From: Candidatus Caccocola faecigallinarum
GTDB taxonomy: Bacteria > Synergistota > Synergistia > Synergistales > Synergistaceae
DNA length: 64,000 nt
Direction of reading: 5' to 3'
Assembly (NCBI GenBank): GCA_018712745.1
Contig: DVGL01000027.1
Location: 66,929 to 130,928, forward strand
Shown here: piece by piece, positions 1 to 10,150 of the stretch
Numbering within the stretch: the first letter of the stretch is position 1
Layout: the number at the start of each line of letters is the position of its first letter
Program-made: the position numbers and the translations under genes
Notes under the pieces: model-generated
Database searches by the model: none
The model's input: only the letters and a program-made list of their open reading frames with translations
Told to the model about the DNA's origin: nothing

Positions 1-89
1 AGCTCCGGCGCGTAGTCGTCCGGGTACGAGACCTTCCGACTGCCGAGCAATGAAACGCCCTCCAGCTCTTCTTTGGTACGTCCGCTCAT
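1..89 (-). CDS. queF: NADPH-dependent 7-cyano-7-deazaguanine (preQ0) reductase, N-terminal part; runs off the window
   Basis: Manual translation MSGRTKEELEGVSLLGSRKVSYPDDYAPEL resembles the Bacillus-type QueF N-terminus; lies downstream of queT and a preQ1 riboswitch. Confidence 0.85.
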   Translation of the reverse strand, partial: MSGRTKEELEGVSLLGSRKVSYPDDYAPE

Positions 90-111
90 CTTATCGCTCC
101 TTGTCATAATA

Positions 112-627
112 TCAGCAGCTTCCGCCGTGCTCAGCCGCGGCCGAGGGCCGCCGCGCGCGTTCGAGAAGCTTCACCAGCGCAACGCCCGCGGCGGACGGTA
201 TGAGCTGTCCGACGCAGAGGTTGAGCGCCATCAGCGGATAGGGTATCGCTAGAATGTAAGACAGATAGGTCGCCACTCCGAGGCCCGGAACCAGCACTAT
301 CGGCGCGGCTATCAGCATACGATTCCAGTTTTTCCTGCGTATCAGGACGATGCAGGCCGCAGTCGTCGCGCCTACGAGGAAGCCGCCGAGCATATCCGCG
401 ACGCCGAAGCCGCCGAAGAGCATGTTCGACAGCAAATTTGCGAGCCCGAGCGGAACGACGAGGAACGGGAAGAGATACGCGAGGGCGTACAAACTCGTCG
501 CTATGCGGATCTGGTACGCGCCGAAGGAGAAGCTCGACGTGAGGCAGAGCGCGACGATGTAGAGCGCCATCACCATAGCGGAAAAGGTCAGCTTTTGCAG
601 GCGGGTCATGTTATTTGCGTTTTCCAT
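112..627 (-). CDS. queT: QueT family queuosine precursor transporter
   Basis: Hydrophobic 171 aa with SFGAYQIRIA and GLANLLSN motifs; preQ1 riboswitch upstream. Confidence 0.85.
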   Translation of the reverse strand: MENANNMTRLQKLTFSAMVMALYIVALCLTSSFSFGAYQIRIATSLYALAYLFPFLVVPLGLANLLSNMLFGGFGVADMLGGFLVGATTAACIVLIRRKNWNRMLIAAPIVLVPGLGVATYLSYILAIPYPLMALNLCVGQLIPSAAGVALVKLLERARRPSAAAEHGGSC

Positions 628-757
628 ATTTTTCAGCCTCCGAAATAAAAATCCCCGGCTTCATCGAAGAACCGGGGATTTCAAAAACGATTGTTCGCGC
701 CGCGGCGCGCCGTTCCCGCATAAGCGGGGCGCAGCCCTTCGCTGCGCTGCTTTTTGT

Positions 758-797
758 CCCTAGTTTTGTTTAACGACAGGATGGTTTCGAACTGTCG
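758..797 (-). promoter_or_regulatory. preQ1 class I riboswitch
   Basis: Minus strand reads CGACAG-TTCGAAACCATC-CTGTCG-TTAAACAAAACTAGGG: P1 stem, conserved loop and A-rich tail, upstream of queT-queF. Confidence 0.9.
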
Positions 798-899
798 GTT
801 CTCCGTCGGACGCGGCCTGCGCCGTCACCCTCCTTCAAACAGCGATTTATATTAAACGATTTTTTCTTTTTTGGCAACAATGCCACACTCGGCGAGGTT

Positions 900-1619
900 T
901 TACCTATCCTTCGGCCACGCGGCGATGAACTGCTGGATTTTCTGGTCGGCGGGGAGGGCGCAGTAGTCGCGCCAGGTGTCGAAGAATTCCTCGGCGTTCT
1001 CGACGGCGTAGCCGTCGTGACAGTGGTCGCGCGTGTCGGAGCTGTCCATGAATATCAGCACGTCGTCCGCGACGGTCTCCGTCCCCATCGTGTCGTAGCC
1101 GATGAGCACGCGCCAGTGCGCGCCCATACAGATGTTCTCGACCATTATCGGGATTCCGGCGCGCAGCTTTTCGAGCGCGTAGCCGCGGAAGCTCGCGGGG
1201 CTGTCGAATATGACGCTGTTGCGCACTGGCGCGTAGAGGCTCGATTCTACGTTCCAGCCGATGCTTTCGAAGAAGCGGCATATTCCGGAGGTCGGCGTGC
1301 CGCCTTCGCCGCGCTCGTTGGGCTTCGTCAGCGTGCCGCAGAGCTTGACAAGCGTATCCTCGTCGTAGTGCGTGACGCCGAAGTGCCAGAGTATCGTGAG
1401 CACGGCGCTCGGGCCGCAGCTGTAGCCTTTCGTCTGCTGGTAGGTCGGGTATTCGCCGATTATCGTGAGCCCCTTGTCGTTGCTGCGCATCGAGTAGAAA
1501 TCGGGCGCGGCGAAGTATGGCGACGGCGCGAAAGAAGAAAGCGGGCCTACTGCGGCCGCGCTCTCGGGGTCTATCTCTATCCATTCCGGCATCGGAATGC
1601 GTCTCGGTCTCTTTTCCAT
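900..1619 (-). CDS. C39-like (papain-fold) cysteine peptidase family protein
   Basis: YQQTxxYSCGP catalytic Cys motif, HWRVLIGYD His motif, MDS Asp. Confidence 0.75.
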   Translation of the reverse strand: MEKRPRRIPMPEWIEIDPESAAAVGPLSSFAPSPYFAAPDFYSMRSNDKGLTIIGEYPTYQQTKGYSCGPSAVLTILWHFGVTHYDEDTLVKLCGTLTKPNERGEGGTPTSGICRFFESIGWNVESSLYAPVRNSVIFDSPASFRGYALEKLRAGIPIMVENICMGAHWRVLIGYDTMGTETVADDVLIFMDSSDTRDHCHDGYAVENAEEFFDTWRDYCALPADQKIQQFIAAWPKDR

Positions 1620-2231
1620 TTAATCCGCTATAGCGCTTAGCCTCCTCTTGTCAGCGCGTTCCTGGAGGAGCGCCAGCGCGACGCTCAGTATGTGCGCGTT
1701 GTCGACCCACAGGAACGAAGCGCTCGCTATAGGTTGTTCCGGTGAATCCGCCTTTGTGAAGACGAGGTTGCCGTTTACTATTCCCCATTTAAGCTTCGCC
1801 CATTCGAAGAACTCCGCGCGGCCGGCCTTGAATATTCCCTTCGGCCTGACGGTGAGCCCTTCGTCCGATATCGTGAAGCCGCCGAAGACGAAGCTGCCGC
1901 CTTTGCGCAGGCCGTCGAGCATCTCGGCCATGAGACGGCGTCCCGCGGCGCGCCAGAAGCGCTCCGTCAGATGCTCGTAGAAATCCCGCTGCTTCGTCTT
2001 TATCGTAAATTCCCGCGTCGCGGTGCCGAAGGTGGCGAGGTAGAGGACCTTCGGCAGTATGCCGCCGCGTTTCTGGTCCACGCCCCAGCGCAGCCGCGTT
2101 ATCGTCTTGAGCGGGAAGAGCTCGCCGCAGTAGAGGAAGCCGGCGGGGGTTATGTCGAGGCTCTTCTTGAAGGGCCACGCCCCGAAGGTGCAGTGAAAAT
2201 CTATTTCGTCATGCCAGCTGTTGTTTCCCAC
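1620..2231 (-). CDS. hypothetical protein
   Basis: 203 aa ORF, GTG start with GGAG RBS, abuts both neighbours. Confidence 0.7.
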   Translation of the reverse strand: MGNNSWHDEIDFHCTFGAWPFKKSLDITPAGFLYCGELFPLKTITRLRWGVDQKRGGILPKVLYLATFGTATREFTIKTKQRDFYEHLTERFWRAAGRRLMAEMLDGLRKGGSFVFGGFTISDEGLTVRPKGIFKAGRAEFFEWAKLKWGIVNGNLVFTKADSPEQPIASASFLWVDNAHILSVALALLQERADKRRLSAIAD

Positions 2232-2233
2232 GG

Positions 2234-2716
2234 CTATTGCTCCTTCAAAGTTTCCTTAACGTCAACGTAGCCGACGCCCGATACCGTGACGAGAGCCGCG
2301 ATATCGCGCTCCCTGCGTGACCTTATTATAAACGATGCGGCGGGAGTGAGCGTAAACCATTCTCCGTCGAATGTATGTTCGTTCGCGAGGCTGTCGCGTT
2401 CTATCGCCGCGCGGCCCGGCGCGTATGTCTCCGTCTCGAGGTCCCGCGGGCCGCCGTACCATTCTATCGTGAAGCCGAGCTCCTGCGTGGTCTTGTCGGC
2501 GTCTATTATCAGCTTGAACTCCGCGCCCTCGCGCGCGGCCTGCGCCATGCGCGAGGAGAGCCACGCGCGAAGCTCCTCCGCCTCTTCGAGCACGATCCGC
2601 CTTTCGCCGGTATCGCGGAACGAGAGCGCCGCGGCGCCCGCGAGGACGCAGAGCGCGAGCGCGGCGCAGAGCAGCTCCGCGAGCGAGAAGCCGCGCCGCG
2701 CGCTAGGCCGTCTCAC
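2234..2716 (-). CDS. prepilin-type N-terminal cleavage domain protein (pseudopilin-like)
   Basis: RRGFSLAELL followed by a hydrophobic stretch (class III signal peptide). Confidence 0.75.
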   Translation of the reverse strand: MRRPSARRGFSLAELLCAALALCVLAGAAALSFRDTGERRIVLEEAEELRAWLSSRMAQAAREGAEFKLIIDADKTTQELGFTIEWYGGPRDLETETYAPGRAAIERDSLANEHTFDGEWFTLTPAASFIIRSRRERDIAALVTVSGVGYVDVKETLKEQ

Positions 2717-3125
2717 CTTCGAGTGATTTCACCCAAAGATAGAACGGATGATCCTTTTTATAGAGCTTGCCGGACGGGTCGGTGCAGCCGTGCTTCGTCC
2801 AGCCCTCGGCGAGAAGTCTGCCGCTCCCGGCGAGCTTCACGCGGTATTCGAATTTCACGCTGTGGCATTTGAGCTCCGTTATGCGCGCCCAGAGCTCTAT
2901 CTCGTCGTCGTAGCGCGCTGGGCTCTTGTAGCGGCAGTAGGCCTCGACGACTGGCAGCATCAGCCCCTGCGCCTCCCATTCGGTGTAGGGCCTGCCCCAC
3001 TTGCGGCAGAGCTCCGTGCGCGCTATCTCGAACCAGTCGAGGTAGTTGGCGTTGTAGACTATTTTCATCTGGTCGGTCTCGCTGTAGCGGACCCGTATCG
3101 TCGTTACGTGCGTGAAGTCGTTCAT
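2703..3125 (-). CDS. YbgC/FadM family acyl-CoA thioesterase
   Basis: RVRYSETDQMxIVYNANYLDWFE hotdog-fold motif. Confidence 0.9.
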   Translation of the reverse strand: MNDFTHVTTIRVRYSETDQMKIVYNANYLDWFEIARTELCRKWGRPYTEWEAQGLMLPVVEAYCRYKSPARYDDEIELWARITELKCHSVKFEYRVKLAGSGRLLAEGWTKHGCTDPSGKLYKKDHPFYLWVKSLEGETA

Positions 3126-3141
3126 AAAGCCCTTCTCCTTT

Positions 3142-5067
3142 CTATGCGCCGAGCGCGCCGCGTTTGTAAAGTATATATTTCGCCCTGTCGAGCGGCGATA
3201 CGCCCCTGTACGGCACGTCGCGCCCCTCTCCGGGCGGGCACGGCTCCCAGCCCGCTGGGGCGGCCGAGAACGTTCCGCGCCCTCCGGTCAGCGAGGCGAG
3301 GCGCGCCGGGAAATCCATGCTCGTCGCGAGCGGCAGGCGGCCCGTCATCGTGAACATACCTTTGCGCACGACGGGGCTGTCGAAGGCCGCGCGCATCGCG
3401 AGCAACTCGCCCATCAGCTTTCCGCCGCATTCCTCTGGGTAGGTCAGCTTGAAGTCGAGCACCGGCTCGAGCAGCTCCGTGCCGCAGTTTACGAGGCCGT
3501 CCATAATCCCCATCGGAGTCGCGAGCGCGAAGTCGAGCGGGTGCGTGTGGACGATGTGGTGCTCGCCGTCTGTGAGCGTTATTTTCAGGTCCGTGACCTC
3601 CCAGCCGCGCGGCCCCTGCCGCAGCGCCTCGGGCAGCGTCTGGCGCACCTGCGCCTGATAACGGCGGAAGATTTTGTCGTCGGGGACGACGCTCTCGAAC
3701 ACTACGCCGGAGCCGAGCGGCAGCGGCTCGATGTCAAAGAGCATGACGGCCCAGCAGGGCTTCGGCATCGTGTACTCGACGAAGCCGCGTCCGCGCTTCA
3801 CGGGGCGTTCTTTGTAAATCACCATCGGCTCGCCCGCCCGCGCCTCGATGCCGTAACGTTCGCGCAGCGCGAGCAGCAGCGTCTCGACGCGCATGAGCCC
3901 CGTGACGCGAACGAGAAGCTCGCGCACCTCCTTCTCCCATATCACGTCGAGCAGCGGGTCCTCCGCGGACAATTCTTCTAGCGCCGCGACGAGCGCAGGA
4001 TAGGCCGCGTCATTGGGCGGCGTCAGCTTGACGCGCAGCAGCGGCGCGGACATTTCGGCGCGCGGCGGCACGCGCGACTGGTCGCCGAAGGCGTCGCCGC
4101 AGACCACGCGCGGAAGGCCGCAGACGGCCCCGACCTCGCCGGCGCGCAGCAGCCCCGTGTCGCGCTCCTTCGCGCCCTGCACCTCGCGTATCTGCGTCAC
4201 CTTGCCCTCAGCGCCCGAGGGCGAGCATTTGACGGCGTCGCGGTTTTTAAGCTCGCCGGAAAAGAGGCGCACGTGCGCGACGCGGCCCAGCGCCTGGCTG
4301 TGCTCCACCTTGAAGACGACGCCAGAGAGCGGAGCCTCCGTTTCACCGGCGCGCGGCGCGAGCGCGGCGAGCAGGTCGAGCAACTCCGCCACGCCCTCGC
4401 CTTTCAGCGCCGCGCCCGTTACGTATGGAATCAGTTTTTTTGAATAAAAGCATTCGAGCAGCAGCGAGGCGAGCTCCTCGTCGGAGAAGCCCTCCGCTCC
4501 CTCCTCGAGATATTTTTCAAGCGCCGCGTCGTCGTGCTCGGCAAGCGTCTCGGCCAGCGCGGCGCGGTCGTCCAGAGGCACGCGCGCGGGCCTGCGCCCC
4601 GTCAGCTCCGCCAGTTCTCCGAGGACGGAATCGACGTCCGCGCCCTCGCGGTCTGTCTTGTTGATGAAAAACAGCGCGGGAATCCCCATCTTCGACAGCG
4701 CGCGCCATATAACCTCCGTCTGCGCCTGCACGCCCTCGACCGCGGAGACGGCGACGGCGGCGAAATCCATCGCGCGCGCCGCGCGCTCCGTCTCGCCTGA
4801 AAAATCGCTGTGGCCCGGCGTGTCGATGACGTAGATTTTCGCGCCGTTCCACGAAAGGAAGGCCGAGGCCGCGCGCACGGAAATCCCGCGCCGCCGCTCG
4901 AACTCCGTGAAGTCCGTGTGCGCGGAGCCGTCGTCTACGCGGCCCAGAGAGCGCACCGCCCCGGCCTGAAAGAGCATCTGCTCCGTCAGCGTCGTCTTGC
5001 CCGCGTCGACGTGCGCGAGCACGCCTATCGTCAGCGGGCGGCGCGGAATTTTATCCAATCCAGTCAA
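3142..5067 (-). CDS. TetM/TetB(P)/OtrA-like ribosomal protection family translational GTPase
   Basis: AHVDAGKTT, RGIS, DTPGH, NKxD; 641 aa; GxxGWEVTD and a C-terminal SPLDRAKYI tail typical of the RPP clade rather than EF-G. Confidence 0.8.
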   Translation of the reverse strand: MTGLDKIPRRPLTIGVLAHVDAGKTTLTEQMLFQAGAVRSLGRVDDGSAHTDFTEFERRRGISVRAASAFLSWNGAKIYVIDTPGHSDFSGETERAARAMDFAAVAVSAVEGVQAQTEVIWRALSKMGIPALFFINKTDREGADVDSVLGELAELTGRRPARVPLDDRAALAETLAEHDDAALEKYLEEGAEGFSDEELASLLLECFYSKKLIPYVTGAALKGEGVAELLDLLAALAPRAGETEAPLSGVVFKVEHSQALGRVAHVRLFSGELKNRDAVKCSPSGAEGKVTQIREVQGAKERDTGLLRAGEVGAVCGLPRVVCGDAFGDQSRVPPRAEMSAPLLRVKLTPPNDAAYPALVAALEELSAEDPLLDVIWEKEVRELLVRVTGLMRVETLLLALRERYGIEARAGEPMVIYKERPVKRGRGFVEYTMPKPCWAVMLFDIEPLPLGSGVVFESVVPDDKIFRRYQAQVRQTLPEALRQGPRGWEVTDLKITLTDGEHHIVHTHPLDFALATPMGIMDGLVNCGTELLEPVLDFKLTYPEECGGKLMGELLAMRAAFDSPVVRKGMFTMTGRLPLATSMDFPARLASLTGGRGTFSAAPAGWEPCPPGEGRDVPYRGVSPLDRAKYILYKRGALGA

Positions 5068-5881
5068 CCTTGACCTCGCGGCGAGGCGCGAAGAGGCGCG
5101 CGGGCTTCAGCGCCGCATACCCCATCATCTGCGCGCCGCAGACGTGCTCGTCCTCGCCGATGCCGAGATATTCGCGCAGCCCCTTGAAGCTGCGTATCGC
5201 GGTCGTCAGATAGCCGCCCCAGCAACAGCCGATTCCCATGGCGTGCGCCGCGAGCTCGAGATATGTCAGCGCGATAGCGCCGTCCTCGGGCCAGCCGTAT
5301 TCCGCGGGCGTCACGGCGATCGCGACGTGCGGCGCGCCGCGCAGCAGCCGGTCGTCGCCCTCCTTGGCCTTCGCTATCATGCCCGCGCCAAGCAGGGCCG
5401 CGCGGCTCGTCGGATTTTTGAAAATTTCCTCGCGGAACCAGCAGAGTATGAGGTTCGTAACCTCCTTCGTCTTTGCGGGGTCGAGCGTTACAATCCAGCG
5501 CACGTTCTGGCTGTTGACCGCCGTCGGAGCCTGGCGCACGACGTTGAAAAGCTTTTCAAAGGTCTCGCGCGGTATCGTCTCGTCCTTGAACATGCGCACG
5601 CTGCGGCGCGACATGATGAGGTTCAGCGCCTCCTCCTCGGAGGGCAGCTTCAGCTCCGCCGCGCGCACCGTCTGAGCGTCCTTCATAAACGAAAGCTCGT
5701 CCGCGCACGACGGGCACATCATCACGCACTGGCCGCAGCCGATGCAGCGCCCGGCGCGCTTCTCCTCGACCTCCGGATATCCGAGGTCGCCCCACTGCAC
5801 GATGCCCGCGGGACAGGCCTTTATGCAGACGCCGCATTTCACGCATTTTTCCATATTTACGCTGAGCAGGTTCATATTCAT
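5051..5881 (-). CDS. nitroreductase with N-terminal 2x[4Fe-4S] ferredoxin domain
   Basis: Two CxxCxxCxxxCP motifs; RRSVR and APTAVNSQ nitroreductase motifs. Confidence 0.9.
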   Translation of the reverse strand: MNMNLLSVNMEKCVKCGVCIKACPAGIVQWGDLGYPEVEEKRAGRCIGCGQCVMMCPSCADELSFMKDAQTVRAAELKLPSEEEALNLIMSRRSVRMFKDETIPRETFEKLFNVVRQAPTAVNSQNVRWIVTLDPAKTKEVTNLILCWFREEIFKNPTSRAALLGAGMIAKAKEGDDRLLRGAPHVAIAVTPAEYGWPEDGAIALTYLELAAHAMGIGCCWGGYLTTAIRSFKGLREYLGIGEDEHVCGAQMMGYAALKPARLFAPRREVKVDWIG

Positions 5882-6029
5882 CCCTCCGGTAAAATCCGCA
5901 TTCCCGCCATAATTTTAGCACCAAGGCGCGCGGCGCGGCGTTTCGTGCGCGCGCACACACGATTCACACAAATATAGGCTATAATCATTTGCCAGAACGG
6001 CCCGAGGGCCGAACAACGGAGGTATAGAA

Positions 6030-7568
6030 ATGAAACGAACAGCAATACTTGCGTTAGCCGTCCTGACGCTCGCCTTCGCCGGCGCGGCGTATGCGGACGC
6101 CTCGCAGCTCATCCCGTCCTTCCACTGGACATACCGCTCGCTCGGCGGCCTCGCGCAGAGCGGTCTCATCGACGCCGACGTGACGCCCGGCAAAAGCGCC
6201 TACAATCCCGAGCAGGTGGCCTCGATGGTTGTAATGGCGGTCAAGCGCGCGGAGCGCGACATAACGAAGCTTGGCGCCGCGGAGCTCTCCGAGCTGCGCC
6301 GTCTCGCCGCGGCCTACAAGGACGCGTTCGAAGGCGCGGGCTACGACTACGACGCCGTGAGATGCGACATAGAGATATGCGCGATGCGCGCGGGACTGCC
6401 CGGCGAAGGCTCGGCGGAGAGCTTCTCGCACACCACGCAGGCGCTCGTCGAGGACGCGGCCCTCTCCATCAACGAATTCACCTTCGACCTCTATAAGGCG
6501 GCAGCCGCCGGAGCCGCGGGGGAAAACGTATTCCTCTCCCCCTACAGCGTATCGACCGCGCTCGCTATGACCTACGCGGGGGCGCGCGGCGTCACCGAGG
6601 CCGAAATGGCGCGGACGCTGCACTTCGCGCCGGACGTCCACGCGGGGATGGGCGCGCTGATAGGCTCAATCAACGCCGTGCCCGACAGCGTCGCGACGGT
6701 CAGAACCGCGAACGCGATATGGCCCGCGAAGGGCGAAAAGCTCCTGCCCGAATTCGTCCAGCTCGTGCGCCGCGACTACCGCGCGGGGCTCACGCAGCTC
6801 GACTACGCGAAGCGCCCCGAAAGCGCGCGCAAAACGATAAACAACTGGGTTGAAGACCAGACAGCCGGCAAGATAACCGACATCATCCCCGGCGGCGCGC
6901 TCGGCAAAGACACGAAGATGGTGCTGACCAACGCCGTTTACTTCAAGGCGGGATGGCAGGAGGAGTTCAAGGCCGAAAACACCGAGGAGCGCCCCTTCTG
7001 GACGACGCCCGAAGAATCCGTCAACGTACAGATGATGAACCGCCGCTCGAAGGAGCTCAACTACGCGAAGCTCGACGGCGCGCAGATGATAGAGATGCCC
7101 TACAAGGACGGACGCTTCTCCATGCTCGTGCTGCTCCCCGACGAGGATTCCTCGCTTGAAGCGCTCGAAGCCGGAATGAACGCCGCAAGCGTCGCCGAGT
7201 GGAGCGCCGGAATGCGCCCCGCCGAGGTCGAGATATTCATGCCCAAGTTCAAGCAGGAAAGCAGCTACGACCTCAGCACGACGCTCGCCGCGCTCGGAAT
7301 GGGCTCCGCCTTCGACGCGGGGACGGCAGACTTCTCCGGCATCACCGGAAACCGCGACATGGCGATAAGCGGCGTACTGCACAAAACCTTCGTCGAAGTC
7401 TCCGAAGAAGGCACCGAAGCCGCCGCGGCGACCGCAGTCATAGTCATGCGCGCCTCGCTCGCGCCGCAGGAGCGCGTAATCTTCTGCGCCGACAGGCCCT
7501 TCGTCTACATGATCCGCGACAACGCGAGCGGAGCGCTGCTCTTCATCGGCAGATACGCGCATCCGTAA
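6030..7568 (+). CDS. secreted serpin with N-terminal SLH-like extension
   Basis: Signal peptide; NVFLSPYS, NAVYFKAGW, EEGTEAAAAT hinge, FCADRPF. Confidence 0.9.
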   Translation: MKRTAILALAVLTLAFAGAAYADASQLIPSFHWTYRSLGGLAQSGLIDADVTPGKSAYNPEQVASMVVMAVKRAERDITKLGAAELSELRRLAAAYKDAFEGAGYDYDAVRCDIEICAMRAGLPGEGSAESFSHTTQALVEDAALSINEFTFDLYKAAAAGAAGENVFLSPYSVSTALAMTYAGARGVTEAEMARTLHFAPDVHAGMGALIGSINAVPDSVATVRTANAIWPAKGEKLLPEFVQLVRRDYRAGLTQLDYAKRPESARKTINNWVEDQTAGKITDIIPGGALGKDTKMVLTNAVYFKAGWQEEFKAENTEERPFWTTPEESVNVQMMNRRSKELNYAKLDGAQMIEMPYKDGRFSMLVLLPDEDSSLEALEAGMNAASVAEWSAGMRPAEVEIFMPKFKQESSYDLSTTLAALGMGSAFDAGTADFSGITGNRDMAISGVLHKTFVEVSEEGTEAAAATAVIVMRASLAPQERVIFCADRPFVYMIRDNASGALLFIGRYAHP

Positions 7569-7698
7569 CGCGCAACACAGACAATACAAAACTGTCCGGC
7601 TCGCCGACGCGGGCCGGATTTTTTATGCGAAAAACACAGCGCGAGAGACGAACGCGCCGCGTCAGTATGCCGTTTTGAAGCGGACGCTCGGCGCGCGG

Positions 7699-9116
7699 TT
7701 ATCCGCGCCGCCGCGCGTCCGCGAGGCTGACGGCAGCCGTCGCGAGCGCCGAGGCCGCGGCGGCGGGGAGGATTTCGTAGAGCTGCGCCTTGAGGAAGGG
7801 GACGTTGTACCAAATCACGCTGACGGCGACGCCCGCGAGCATTCCGCAGAGGACGCCGCGCCCGGTCGTGCGCTTCCAGTGGAGCGAGAGAATCAGCGGC
7901 GGCGCGAAGGCCGCGCCCATGACGGCGAAGGCGTAGAGGACGAACCAGAATATCATGCGCGACTCCGAGGCCGCGGCGAGCGCGGAGACGAGGCCGACGG
8001 CGGCGATGACGGCGCGCCCCGCCTTTTTCGCGCCGCGTTCGGAAAGCTTTCGCCCGAGGACGCCCTCGATGATGTCGAGGTGGACGGTCTGCGCCGCGAG
8101 CACAATCAGCGAGTCGAGCGTCGAGAGTATCGCTGAGAATACCGCTGCGACTACGACGCCCGCGATTATCGGATGGAATTTCTGTATGACGAGCGCCGGA
8201 AAGGCGAACTCGGGGTCTGCGACGGAGGGAAGCATGAGGCGGCAGGAGAGGCCGAGCAGAGTGCTGCCGGAGGCCTGGATGAGCACCCAGGCGACGCCGA
8301 GGACGGCTGCGTGCGAAAGCGAGCGGTCGTCGCGCGCCGTTATGAAGCGCTGCAAGATGTGCGGCTGTCCCATGAGGCCGAGGCCGCCCGAGGCGAGCCC
8401 CGCGGCGAAGGCGAAGGCCGAAGCGCCCGTGTGTCCGCCGCCCGCCGAGAGCAGCGCGGGATCTATCGTCCAGAGCTTCGCCCAGAAGGCGTGCCAGCCG
8501 CCCGCCTGCATGACGAAGGCCGCCGGGAAGAGCGCAAGCACCGCGAGTATCGCGACGCCCTGCGCGACGTCGGTCCAGACGACGGCCCTGTAGCCGCCGA
8601 GGAAGGTGTAGAAGGTGGCCGCGAAGGCCGCGGCCCAGACCGCCGCGCCGTAGCTGAAGCCGGCGGCTTCGAATACCTTGCCGGCGCTCGTGAGCTGCCC
8701 CGCCGCGTAGACGGTGAAGAATACCGCAATGAGAGCCGAGGCGGCGAGCCGCAGCCGCGCGCCGCACTCTGGGAAGCGCAGCGCGAAATAATGAGGAAGC
8801 GAGGCCGCGCCGGTCCGCCGCGTGAAGCGGCGCAGGGCGGGCGCAACGAAGACGTAGTTGCAGAATATGCCGACGGTATAGCCGACGCATATCCACATCA
8901 TCGACGCGCCGTAGACGTATGCGAAGCCGACCGCGCCGGTGAACACCCAGCGCTCGAGTCAGACGCGCCGACGGACAGCGCCGTCGGCACCGCGCCGAAA
9001 TTGCGGTCGCCGAGGTAAAAGCTCTCCGCGCTCCCGGAGCCGCGCCGGTCAGCCGCGAAGCCTATCGCGATGAAGACGGCGAAGTAGAGCGCGCAGACGG
9101 CGAGCGCCGCGCTCAT
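7699..9116 (-). pseudogene. putP: sodium:proline (SSS family) symporter with a 1-nt frameshift near 8950
   Basis: The N-terminal frame ...ALSVGASDSS joins WVFTGAVGFAY in another frame; one extra G restores SDSSGW; GQPHILQRF and ILSTLDS motifs. Confidence 0.75.
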
Positions 9117-9247
9117 TTCCTGCGCTCCCCCACCTCCGCGCGTCCCGCCCTCCAATCGGAGCGGCGGCTGTAGAGCAGCGCCGCGGCGACGGCCGCAGCC
9201 GGGAATATGATGAATACGAACGTTATGAAGAACGGAACCTCCGCCAA
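9113..9247 (-). CDS. 44-aa single-TM small protein translationally coupled to the SSS transporter
   Basis: TTG start; MAEVPFFITFVFIIFPAAAVAAALLYSRRSDWRAGRAEVGERRK; stop overlaps putP ATG (ATGA). Confidence 0.6.
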   Translation of the reverse strand: MAEVPFFITFVFIIFPAAAVAAALLYSRRSDWRAGRAEVGERRK

Positions 9248-9507
9248 AACTCAGCGCCCCCAACAGACCTTATGCGGGCGTTCACCAACGCTCCGCACGG
9301 GAATAAATTTTAGCATAAGCGCGCCCTTCGCCCTCTCCAGTAAAGCGCCTGTTCGCTCAAGATTTTTGTTATTACGAAAATATTTACATTACAAAATATT
9401 CAGCTCAATAAACCTTTTGCCGTTATCTATCAAATTTAGAAATTTTTGTTATAATTATAAAAGAAGCCTCTAAGTAAAAATACTGAAAGAGCGGTGACGA
9501 ACGGAAG

Positions 9508-10068
9508 ATGCTTGGACAGCGCATAAAAAGATTGAGGAAAGAGCGCGGCGCGACGCTTAAGCAGGTCGCCGAAGCCTCCGGGCTTTCGCAGGGATATCTC
9601 AGCCAGATTGAGACGGACAAGGTCGAGCCGTCGATTTCCGTGCTGCGCAAGCTCTCGTCGTACTACAGGGTGCCGCTCCTCTACTTCTTCGACACAGACC
9701 CGGTCGAAGACATCGTCGTGCGGAGGGACGAGCGCAAGATTATCAGCAGCCCGCGCGCGCCGGTTACATACGAGATGCTGCAGCACGACGTGACGAATAA
9801 GAAGATGGAATGCTCGATAATGAAGCTCGCGCCGCACTACAGCGACCCAGACGGCGTGTACGCCTCGTACCCGGGCGAGGAGTGCTTCCTGGTGCTCAGC
9901 GGCGCGGTGGAGTTCGAGCAGGACGGGCGCGTCTACACGCTCAACGAGGGAGACAGCATATACTACGAAAGCTCGAAGCCATTCCGCCTCATGAACCCCG
10001 GCGACGTGACCGCGGAAATCGTCGGCGTCCGCACGCCGCCGAACAGGCGCGCCGAGAGCGAAGAATAG
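9508..10068 (+). CDS. XRE-family HTH regulator with cupin domain
   Basis: N-terminal HTH (LSQGYLSQIE) and C-terminal cupin (GEE..VLSG, GDSIYY). Confidence 0.9.
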   Translation: MLGQRIKRLRKERGATLKQVAEASGLSQGYLSQIETDKVEPSISVLRKLSSYYRVPLLYFFDTDPVEDIVVRRDERKIISSPRAPVTYEMLQHDVTNKKMECSIMKLAPHYSDPDGVYASYPGEECFLVLSGAVEFEQDGRVYTLNEGDSIYYESSKPFRLMNPGDVTAEIVGVRTPPNRRAESEE

Positions 10069-10150
10069 GGCGATTTACGAAAGAGCGCAAAGTTAAGCGG
10101 CGCGCGGGAATTTTACCCGCGCGCCGCTGTTTTACGGCGTTTTATACGAT

